48,235 nucleotides of DNA, from positions 1-48,235 of IMG/VR virus record IMGVR_UViG_3300037962_000731; one strand, 5' to 3'. The position numbers and the translations under genes are program-made. Within the stretch, counting starts at the first letter, position 1, and the number at the start of each line of letters is the position of its first letter. Below the pieces are notes generated by a model. The model was not told where the DNA came from and made no database searches. It worked only from the letters and a program-made list of their open reading frames with translations. The DNA comes from a virus (taxonomy: Duplodnaviria > Caudoviricetes). Below, piece by piece: positions 17,864-25,329 of the stretch.

Positions 17864-18304
17864 ATGATCACCATCAACGCCAACACCGACGCCATCGAAC
17901 GCGCCATTCAGGAGCTGATCAACAAAGGCGACGACCTCACCGCACCGATGAAGAGCATCGGTGAAGAGATGATCAACCGCACCCAGCAACGCTTCCGCGA
18001 TAAAGAAGCACCGGACGGCACGCCCTGGGCACCGAACGCCCCTTCTACTGAAAAGCGCAAAGGCCATGACCGTGTACTCGAAGGCGAAAGCAAGCAGCTC
18101 GCCAAGCAGTTCAGCTACAGCGCCAGCAGCGAAGGCGTCAAATGGGGCAGCCTGATGGTCTACGCAGCGATGCAGAACTACGGCGGCACCAAGGCCGAGT
18201 TCGCCCACCTATGGGGAGACATCCCCAGCCGCGAGTTTATCGGCCTGAACGATGACGACGAAGACGAGGTATTAGGCATCCTCGCTGACCATTTCAGCCT
18301 CTAA
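17864..18304 (+). CDS. Virion morphogenesis protein (Mu gpG-like)
   Basis: 'TQQRF...APDGTPWAP', 'YAAMQNYGG', 'IPSREFIGL'; SD AGGAG. Confidence 0.88.
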   Translation: MITINANTDAIERAIQELINKGDDLTAPMKSIGEEMINRTQQRFRDKEAPDGTPWAPNAPSTEKRKGHDRVLEGESKQLAKQFSYSASSEGVKWGSLMVYAAMQNYGGTKAEFAHLWGDIPSREFIGLNDDDEDEVLGILADHFSL

Positions 18305-18417
18305 CCCCGAACCGCCAGAAACGCCCTGTAAGCGCCGCAAGGCGCTCCCGCGCTACGATGGCCCGCATTTTCCCCGCAAGGCGCGTTAGACCCGCGTTAG
18401 ATTTTGATTAAGCGAGC

Positions 18418-18446
18418 TTAACGCCAGGGTATTAGAAGGCTATAGT
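18418..18446 (+). promoter_or_regulatory. Putative sigma70 promoter for accessory gene
   Basis: TTAACG-17 bp-TATAGT; inverted repeat CCCATTG/CAATGGG at 18450-18477. Confidence 0.5.
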
Positions 18447-18494
18447 GCCCCCATTGAGAAAAATAAACGCCAATGGGATAGCAGCGGGGATAAT

Positions 18495-19424
18495 GTGACT
18501 AACATCGAAGAGCAGCAAGAAGCGTACTTTGTTGAGATTCCTATGAGTCTCTACTTTAAGACAGATGAGCCAGTTGCCATCAAAGATGTAGCCAAGTCGC
18601 TATTAGCAATCGAAACGATAGCCAAACGATTCCCTGGAGTGATCACCGATCTGACAGGCATAGACATAGATCACTACGAAATTAGCGTATCGAAGATAGA
18701 ATCCGGCAGCCTAATTGAGGCGTTGGGGATAATGGTTTTCCTCAGCACCCCAGAGCAGCGCCAGGCACTCTTCGATTTTCTGGAGACTAGCCCCATGGGT
18801 AAACCAATAAAGTATTCACTGATGGGGCTTCTTGCGCTGCTGCTCGTAAGCGAGTCCTATCAGTTGCTTACTCAGTTTACCAAAAGCGATGCTCCAACCA
18901 TTCAGGGTAATCATAATACCCTCATCCAAATCACTGCAGAACAGATCGGCACAACCCCTGATGAAGTCCGGCTGGCATTGAATAACGCCACTCAAAGCAA
19001 GCGCAAAGAGCTTGTAAAAGCAGGGCTGGAAGTTGCTGCGCCCATTGAGAACCATGAAGATGCGTCTTTACATGCAGGTGAATCAGCGACCTCAGTGTCC
19101 ATTCCTGCTGCAGCCATTCAGGAAGTACCTTTCGATGTTGACTTTGGCACCTATGAGCACTCCATTAGTTATATTGAAACGCTTTTACAAATACGGGTGT
19201 TAGACCGGGACAGTGTTGATGCTGGTTGGAAAGGAATGCTGCCGAACGTGTTGGGCGAAACACGTCTGAAAATTTACTTTGATACAGATGTGGATATGCA
19301 GCTGGTGACCACTCAGCCAGAAGTAACCGTTGATGCCACCGTTACTTACAGAAACGATATCAATAGAGGCACGCTGGTGCCTAAACACATCACCGTCACC
19401 AGAATCTACCAACCGCAAAGATAG
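18495..19424 (+). CDS. Accessory (moron) hypothetical protein
   Basis: 309-aa ORF with lower GC than its neighbours, GTG start, one central hydrophobic segment, inserted between G and I. Confidence 0.8.
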   Translation: MTNIEEQQEAYFVEIPMSLYFKTDEPVAIKDVAKSLLAIETIAKRFPGVITDLTGIDIDHYEISVSKIESGSLIEALGIMVFLSTPEQRQALFDFLETSPMGKPIKYSLMGLLALLLVSESYQLLTQFTKSDAPTIQGNHNTLIQITAEQIGTTPDEVRLALNNATQSKRKELVKAGLEVAAPIENHEDASLHAGESATSVSIPAAAIQEVPFDVDFGTYEHSISYIETLLQIRVLDRDSVDAGWKGMLPNVLGETRLKIYFDTDVDMQLVTTQPEVTVDATVTYRNDINRGTLVPKHITVTRIYQPQR

Positions 19425-19434
19425 ATCTAAAACT

Positions 19435-19480
19435 CTTTAACCCACGCTAAATCCCGCTAGCCTCCCCCGCCCCCGATCAT
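19435..19480 (+). promoter_or_regulatory. Putative Mor/C-activated late promoter (head-tail operon)
   Basis: CTTTAA-N4-CGCTAA-ATCCCG; -10-like GATCAT at the same 25-nt spacing as the 11120 site. Confidence 0.6.
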
Positions 19481-19486
19481 GGGGGC

Positions 19487-20593
19487 ATGATTACACAAAG
19501 CCTTCACCCCAAGCCCCGCGTCGCCGCCTGCGCTCTCCGAGTGCAAGTCACCGACGACAAGACGCGCCTGATGCCTGCTGGCACCTTCCACGCACCGCGT
19601 GGGGCTGCTGAAGGCACCGGCCCCTGGCACCTGTCTGCCGAAGCCGCTCAAGCCATCATCCGCTTGGCCGCTGCGCGCAGCACCGACATTGCCATCGACT
19701 ACGAACACCAGATCCTCTACTCCGAAAAGAACGGACAGCCCGCGCCTGCATCCGGCTGGGTCGACCCGCGCTCGCTTGAATATCGGGAAGATGGTCTGTA
19801 CGGCACGGTGACTTGGACGGCCAAGGCGCGTGCTGCTATCGAAGAAGGCCCCAACGGCGAGCCGCCCGAATACCGCTACCTCTCCCCCGTTTTCCCCTAC
19901 GACGCCAACGGCGTGCCGCTCGATCTGCTGCACCTGGCGTTGACCAACACCCCCGCCATTGATGAGGGCGCGGCGCAGCTGGCCGCCGCTCGGATGGCGA
20001 TTGCCCATGACGTCACTGACGACGCCCAGGAGATCGACACCGTGAAACGTGAACAACTGATTGCCACGCTCGGCCTGGCCACCGATGCCACCGACGAACA
20101 GATCGACACCGCCATCGCCGCACTGAAAGCCGCCAAGGCCGATGCCGACGCCTTCCGCACCGCGTTGGGTGCCAAAGACGACGCGAAGCCAGCGGAAGCC
20201 GTAGCAGCGCTCAAGGCCTCCAGTGCAGCCGCACCGGTAGACATGACGCAGTTCGTGCCCGTGGCCGTGTACCAAGAAACCACTCAGCAGCTAGCCGCCC
20301 TGAAAGCCAACGGCAACAACGCTGAGCTAGACGCCCTCATCAAGCAGGGCCTGGATGATGGTCGCATCCCTGGTGAGGCGACAGCCGATTGGTTGCGCGA
20401 ACAAGGCCTCGCCGCCTGTAAGGCGCATCTTGAAGGCGCACCCAGCATCGCCGCGCTGAAAACCACGCAGACCCAGGGCAAGCCCCTGGAAGGCAAAGAG
20501 ACCGGCGAAGGCAAGCTAAACGAGACCGAGCTGGCGGTGTGCAAGGCGATGGGCCTAACGCCCGAGCAGTACCGCGCCGCTAACCCAGCGTAA
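19487..20593 (+). CDS. Prohead protease I (Mu gp32-like)
   Basis: 'IDYEHQ', 'APASGW', 'WTAKA', 'EYRYLSPVF', 'ALTNTPAI'. Confidence 0.93.
   Translation: MITQSLHPKPRVAACALRVQVTDDKTRLMPAGTFHAPRGAAEGTGPWHLSAEAAQAIIRLAAARSTDIAIDYEHQILYSEKNGQPAPASGWVDPRSLEYREDGLYGTVTWTAKARAAIEEGPNGEPPEYRYLSPVFPYDANGVPLDLLHLALTNTPAIDEGAAQLAAARMAIAHDVTDDAQEIDTVKREQLIATLGLATDATDEQIDTAIAALKAAKADADAFRTALGAKDDAKPAEAVAALKASSAAAPVDMTQFVPVAVYQETTQQLAALKANGNNAELDALIKQGLDDGRIPGEATADWLREQGLAACKAHLEGAPSIAALKTTQTQGKPLEGKETGEGKLNETELAVCKAMGLTPEQYRAANPA
20042..20593 (+). CDS. Nested scaffolding protein Z (in-frame internal start)
   Basis: AGGAG at 20028-20032 before in-frame GTG 20042; Ala-rich helical product; same arrangement as Mu I/Z. 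Confidence 0.65.
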   Translation: MKREQLIATLGLATDATDEQIDTAIAALKAAKADADAFRTALGAKDDAKPAEAVAALKASSAAAPVDMTQFVPVAVYQETTQQLAALKANGNNAELDALIKQGLDDGRIPGEATADWLREQGLAACKAHLEGAPSIAALKTTQTQGKPLEGKETGEGKLNETELAVCKAMGLTPEQYRAANPA

Positions 20594-20629
20594 TAACTGG
20601 CCACACTCCACACGCAAGAGGATCACACC

Positions 20630-21067
20630 GTGACCGCTGCAACCCAAAACCGAAACACCCCGCACCGCTTAGGGCTGTCTCGTGGCCATCTGGTCGCGGC
20701 GGCAACCGAGTGCTTCGCGGGCACCATCGCCGTCATCAATGCCACTGGCTTTACCGAGCCAGGCACCACCGCCACCGGCCTCACCGCCGCTGGTGTGTTC
20801 GAGCACTACCAGGACAACACCACCGGCGGCAATGGCGACCAGGTCGTGACCGTTAAGCGCGGCAACTTCAGGTTCGATAACTCGGCCAGTACCGACGAGA
20901 TCACCGCCGCTGACATCGGCCAGGTTTGCTACATCGTCGATAACCAGACCGTCGCCAAAACCGACGGCACCGCGACCCGCTCCCCCGCTGGCATTGTCGA
21001 CGACGTCGACGACGCAGGCGTGTGGGTCAACATCGACCCGACTAACGGCGTGGCCGCTAGCGCGTAA
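20630..21067 (+). CDS. Putative capsid decoration protein
   Basis: Between protease and capsid; 'ITAADIGQVCYIVDNQTVAKT...RSPAG...GVWV'. Confidence 0.75.
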   Translation: MTAATQNRNTPHRLGLSRGHLVAAATECFAGTIAVINATGFTEPGTTATGLTAAGVFEHYQDNTTGGNGDQVVTVKRGNFRFDNSASTDEITAADIGQVCYIVDNQTVAKTDGTATRSPAGIVDDVDDAGVWVNIDPTNGVAASA

Positions 21068-21081
21068 TAAGGACTGCCTAC

Positions 21082-21984
21082 ATGAATCTTACCCAAGCCA
21101 ATTTGAAGGTGCTGTTTCAGGCCTACAACACATCGTTTCAGCAGGGCTTTAGCTCGATGGGCGAACAGGGCGCGCTTTACGAGCAGTTCTGTACCACCGT
21201 GCCCAGCACCACTGCCGTGGAAGTGTACCCGTTCCTCAAGAGCCTGCCGCGCATGCGCGAATGGCTGGGCGATCGCGTCATCCACTCGCTCGAAGGTGCC
21301 GGGTTCAGCATCAAGAACCGCAAGTTCGAGCTGACCGAAGGCGTCTCACGGGATGCTGTGGAAGACGACACCTACGGCCTGTGGTCACCGGTCTTCCAAG
21401 AGTTTGGCCGCTCCAGTCGTGAGCACCCCAACGAACTGGCCGTGGAAGTGCTGGAGCAAAACCCGGAGTGCTATGACGGCCAGCCGCTGTTCGATGCCGA
21501 CCACCCGGTGCTGAATAAGTCGGGCCAAGAGATCTCCGTCAGTAACGACATGGGCGGCACAGGCGATGCTTGGTATGTCATGGATCTGACTCGCGTGATC
21601 AAGCCGATCGTGTTCCAGAAGCGCCGTGATTACAACTTCCGCTCCATTACCGATCTCAACGACACGCAAGTGTTCATGACCGACAACTTCGTGTTCGGTG
21701 TAGATGCTCGTGTGAACGCCGGTGCGGGCCTCTGGCAGCTCGTCGTGCGCTCTCGCCAGCCGTTCACTGCTGAGAATTATGAGGCAGCACGCCAAGCGTT
21801 AACTGCGATGAAAGGCGACTACGAACGCCCGCTGGCGCTGCGCCACTCGCACACCATGGTGCCCAACTCTATGGAAGGGGCTGCCCGTGCCGTGCTGCAA
21901 AGCCAGCTGGCCGCCGGTGGTGAAACCAACAAATGGGCCAACACCTCAACGCTGGTGCTGAACCCCTGGTTAACCAGCGCTTAA
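21082..21984 (+). CDS. Major capsid protein (Mu gpT family)
   Basis: 'PRMREWLGDR', 'NRKFELT', 'CYDGQPLFDADHPV', 'KPIVFQKR', 'FGVDARVNAG'. Confidence 0.95.
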   Translation: MNLTQANLKVLFQAYNTSFQQGFSSMGEQGALYEQFCTTVPSTTAVEVYPFLKSLPRMREWLGDRVIHSLEGAGFSIKNRKFELTEGVSRDAVEDDTYGLWSPVFQEFGRSSREHPNELAVEVLEQNPECYDGQPLFDADHPVLNKSGQEISVSNDMGGTGDAWYVMDLTRVIKPIVFQKRRDYNFRSITDLNDTQVFMTDNFVFGVDARVNAGAGLWQLVVRSRQPFTAENYEAARQALTAMKGDYERPLALRHSHTMVPNSMEGAARAVLQSQLAAGGETNKWANTSTLVLNPWLTSA

Positions 21985-22004
21985 CGGCACGTTAAAACGT
22001 CTAT

Positions 22005-22032
22005 CGCCGTGCCTGCTTAGGCGGGCACGGCG
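22005..22032 (+). other. Strong hairpin after capsid gene, no U-tract
   Basis: CGCCGTGCCTGC-TTAG-GCGGGCACGGCG. Confidence 0.6.
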
Positions 22033-22049
22033 CAACGGAGAACACCCCC

Positions 22050-22451
22050 ATGACCACACGCAAACAAAGCGCCGCTGCCAAGGCCAAGCAAGAAGCCGAA
22101 CCGAATACATCACCTGGCCAGGGAGCCAAGGAAACACCACCAGAGGATGTGGCCAAGGATCTGGCCGCCAAGGACGGCACCACTACGGAAGTCAAGGGCA
22201 GCACGGTAACTGGCGACGGCACCGGCAAGGCACTGCCGCCGATCAATGAACTGCCAGGCGTTTTCGTGCGGACAAAGCGTCGCATCAAAAGCCGCCGCCG
22301 CGCTGGCTTCCGCTTCAACCGCGAAGGCATGGGCATTGCGCTGGAGTTACTGAGCGAAGAGCAGCTGCAACAGTTGCGCGATGACCCGGCGCTAGAGGTG
22401 GAAGACTGCACCTTCCCGCTGGCTGAAGCGACCAGCGAGCCGGAGGCCTAA
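22050..22451 (+). CDS. Mu gp35 / HI1506-like protein
   Basis: 'RRRAGFRF...LSEEQLQQLRDDPALEV'; slot after gpT. Confidence 0.7.
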   Translation: MTTRKQSAAAKAKQEAEPNTSPGQGAKETPPEDVAKDLAAKDGTTTEVKGSTVTGDGTGKALPPINELPGVFVRTKRRIKSRRRAGFRFNREGMGIALELLSEEQLQQLRDDPALEVEDCTFPLAEATSEPEA

Positions 22452-22454
22452 CCG

Positions 22455-22865
22455 ATGCCGTACTGCACGCAAGCGGATCTCATCGAGCGCTTTGGCGAGT
22501 CCGAGCTGCTCGCCATCGCCCGCGATGAAAGCGGCATGGCCATTGATACCGCCGTGGTGGAACGCGCTTGCGAAGATGCCTCTGGTGAGATCGACGGCTA
22601 CGTCAGTGCAGCAGGCTACCCCGTACCGCTGTCGCCCGTGCCACGCATCGTGATTGCCAACGCCTGCGACATCGCCCGTTACCGGCTCTATGACGAACAC
22701 GCCACCGACCAGGTGCAGAAACGCTACGACGACGCCGTGAAGTTCCTGCGCTCGGTTTCCCGTGGCGAGGTTCGCCTGGGTATCTCGACCAGCCAAGGAA
22801 GCAGCAGCGCAGGCAGCGTGCAAATGAACTCAGGCCGCCAGGTGTTTAACGGCGGTGGTTTCTAG
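22455..22865 (+). CDS. Head-tail adaptor (Mu gp36, DUF1320)
   Basis: 'YCTQADLIERFGESEL', 'EIDGY', 'CDIARYRL', 'RYDDAVKFL'. Confidence 0.9.
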   Translation: MPYCTQADLIERFGESELLAIARDESGMAIDTAVVERACEDASGEIDGYVSAAGYPVPLSPVPRIVIANACDIARYRLYDEHATDQVQKRYDDAVKFLRSVSRGEVRLGISTSQGSSSAGSVQMNSGRQVFNGGGF

Positions 22866-22891
22866 CCCCGCACGATTGGAGACAACAGATC

Positions 22892-23182
22892 ATGAGTGCC
22901 AAACAGACCACTAAAGCAGCGGCTGAGCAAAGCGCTGATAAAGACGCACCACCACCGCGCCCCCGCGAGGCTGTGTCGGTGCGGGTGAAGACAAAATCAC
23001 CCGGTGTAAAGCGTCAGGTGTGCGGTGTCATTTTCGAGAACACCTGGAAGTACTTGACGCTGGATGATCGCGGCAGCGCCTACAAAGCCATTGCCCGCGA
23101 TCCCGCGATGGTGATGGAAAAGGCAACACCGCCACCGAAGCCAGTGGCCACTGAAGAGTCAACAGGCAAAGAGGCCAAGTAA
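22892..23182 (+). CDS. Hypothetical protein
   Basis: SD GGAG, TAATG-coupled to next gene. Confidence 0.6.
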   Translation: MSAKQTTKAAAEQSADKDAPPPRPREAVSVRVKTKSPGVKRQVCGVIFENTWKYLTLDDRGSAYKAIARDPAMVMEKATPPPKPVATEESTGKEAK

Positions 23183-23619
23183 TGCTCTCGCTTACGCCGT
23201 GGCTTGACCGCCTTAACGCCCTAGAGGGCATTCCCACCGTGCAGCTTGCAGCAGATGTAGAAGCCGCCAAGAGCAACACGCAGCTACCCAACATGATGCT
23301 GGTGCTAGGGCGCGAAACCGTCAGCCACGGCCCCATGAGCAACCAGGCACGGCACCGCGTGAAAACCGAGGTGTTGCTGGTCACGGGTATTCGCCGCCGT
23401 AACCAACCGCTAGGGCCAGTGGCTACCGTAGGTGACGACGAACTGACACGGCTGCGCAGGCCAGCCCTCACTCAGTTGATTAACTGGATGCCGCCTGGTT
23501 GCGACATCCCCGTGAAATGGCAACGCGGCCAGCTGTTGGCCCTACAAAGCCACGCCCTTTTCTGGGCCGACGTGCTAACCGCCGAATACTTTTGGCCACT
23601 TGAGGAGACTTCACCGTGA
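23182..23619 (+). CDS. Tail terminator-like protein (gp37-like)
   Basis: Position before tail tube; 'LINWMP...GQLL...LFWAD'. Confidence 0.7.
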   Translation: MLSLTPWLDRLNALEGIPTVQLAADVEAAKSNTQLPNMMLVLGRETVSHGPMSNQARHRVKTEVLLVTGIRRRNQPLGPVATVGDDELTRLRRPALTQLINWMPPGCDIPVKWQRGQLLALQSHALFWADVLTAEYFWPLEETSP

Positions 23620-24557
23620 GCCTAAAAACGAACCGCCGGGCGATGCTGTTCGCCCTAGAGTCGGACTACAACGACGGCACCACCTTGCCTGATTCAGCTA
23701 CTGATGCCGTGTTAACCCGCGAGATCAGCGTGACCCCGCTCAGCGGTAACGACATCGAACGTAACTTTGTGCGCCCGTATTACGGCAATAGTCCGCGTGC
23801 CGCTGGTGAAAAGCACGTAGAGGTGCAGGTGGAAGTCGAGCTATGCACTAGCGGCACCGCTGGCACGGCTCCGCCGTGGGGCAAGATGCTGCGCTGCTGC
23901 GGCTTTTCGGAAGTCATCAATAACACCGTTGGCAGCGAAAGCGTGACCTACGCACCGGTGTCGGAGAACGAAGACAGCGGCGTGTTTTTCGCCCATGTCG
24001 ATGGCAACCTTCACAAAGGCCGTGGGGTACATGGCACAGCGGCCTTCACGGTCAACGCGGAGAGTATCCCTGTTGTTCGTTTCACACTGCGAGGCTTGTT
24101 GAGCCCCGTCACCTCAGAACAGCTCCCTGCCGTCACGCTCAGCCAGTGGAACGCTGCCTTGGCGGTCAACACCCTCAACACCGAGCCGCTTACCTTCATG
24201 GGGGCCACCGTACCCTTCAACCAGTTTTCGCTGGATATGAGTGGCGAGGTGGTTCACAAGAAGATCGTCGGCTCCAACGACATTCAGATCACCGGGCGCG
24301 CACCGTCTGGCCAGCTGATCATTGAAGACCCTGGCGTAGGGGTTAAGAACTACTTCGAGGTCTCACAAAACGCTGAGACTGGTGCGCTCGCGCTCACGCA
24401 CGGCAAGACCGCAGGCAAGATCATCGAAATCAGCATGCCGAAAGTGGGTATCGAATCGCCCACGTACTCCGACCAGGACGGCACCCAGATGCTGACCATG
24501 AACTACCGGCCCGAGCCGGTCGACGGTAATGACGAAGTCACCATCGTCACCAAATAA
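23616..24557 (+). CDS. Major tail tube protein (non-contractile)
   Basis: 'ESDYN', 'IERNFVRPYYG', 'SGTAGTAPPWGKMLRCCGF', 'ITGRAPSG', 'HGKTAG'. Confidence 0.85.
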   Translation: MSLKTNRRAMLFALESDYNDGTTLPDSATDAVLTREISVTPLSGNDIERNFVRPYYGNSPRAAGEKHVEVQVEVELCTSGTAGTAPPWGKMLRCCGFSEVINNTVGSESVTYAPVSENEDSGVFFAHVDGNLHKGRGVHGTAAFTVNAESIPVVRFTLRGLLSPVTSEQLPAVTLSQWNAALAVNTLNTEPLTFMGATVPFNQFSLDMSGEVVHKKIVGSNDIQITGRAPSGQLIIEDPGVGVKNYFEVSQNAETGALALTHGKTAGKIIEISMPKVGIESPTYSDQDGTQMLTMNYRPEPVDGNDEVTIVTK

Positions 24558-24625
24558 ACCCTTTTACGACACATGCACCGCTGCGTAAGCGGCGGTTAAA
24601 CCTCAGTTAATCAGGAGTAATACCC

Positions 24626-24949
24626 GTGTTCACAGTCAATACAAAGCGCACCTATAAGTACCCCGTTTCACTCACCGTGTATGACGAGCACGGCAAAGAG
24701 ATCAGCGGCAAGTTCAAAGCCACCTTCAAAGCCATGCCACAAAACGAACTGCGGGATTTACCAGCTGACACGCTGCTGCTCGATCACGTGCTGGTGGGCG
24801 TCGAAGACATTTGCCTAACGGACGATGAAGGGAAAGAGCTGGCAGGTGACGACAAGCTGCAAGCCGCGAAAAATGATCCAGCGATCAGCACTGCGTTGAT
24901 CAACGCCTATCACGAGAGCGTCTCAAAAAAGAACCGTCCGCGAATCTGA
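24626..24949 (+). CDS. Tail assembly chaperone (G-like)
   Basis: SD AGGAG, GTG start; between tube and tape measure; slippery heptamer near the 3' end. Confidence 0.8.
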   Translation: MFTVNTKRTYKYPVSLTVYDEHGKEISGKFKATFKAMPQNELRDLPADTLLLDHVLVGVEDICLTDDEGKELAGDDKLQAAKNDPAISTALINAYHESVSKKNRPRI

Positions 24950-25311
24950 TCGACGCAGGCAAGCACTGGGCAGAAGCCAGTAACGGCAAGCCCAACTTGG
25001 TCAAGGACGACCTCTCCGCCTTGGGCATCACCCTAGGCGGCGAGCTAGCCGAGGAGGCAGAGGCGTTCGATGCCGAGCCAGATGTCTTTGAAGTGTTGCC
25101 AGAGAACTGGCAAGCCGTCGAGACATTTCAGCGTTGTTGCCGCCAATGGCGCTTCGCTGGCATGGGTGGTGCTGTTGGGCTGGATGTGCAAGCGGTGATC
25201 AGCGTTATCAGCCTCTACCAACTTCCCCCAGAGCAACAACTTGAGCGGCTGGATCAAGTGCAGCTCATCGAGCGCGGCGCACTCAGCGTCATGAACCAAC
25301 CCCGCAACTAA
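24925..25311 (+). CDS. -1 frameshift extension of tail chaperone (GT-like, DUF1799-like)
   Basis: A AAA AAG at 24925-24931 in the G frame; -1 frame open from there to 25311 ('VLPENWQAVETF...QWR..GMGG..GLD'). Confidence 0.8.
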   Translation, partial: KKEPSANLIDAGKHWAEASNGKPNLVKDDLSALGITLGGELAEEAEAFDAEPDVFEVLPENWQAVETFQRCCRQWRFAGMGGAVGLDVQAVISVISLYQLPPEQQLERLDQVQLIERGALSVMNQPRN

Positions 25312-25329
25312 ACGTTAGAAGGACACACC

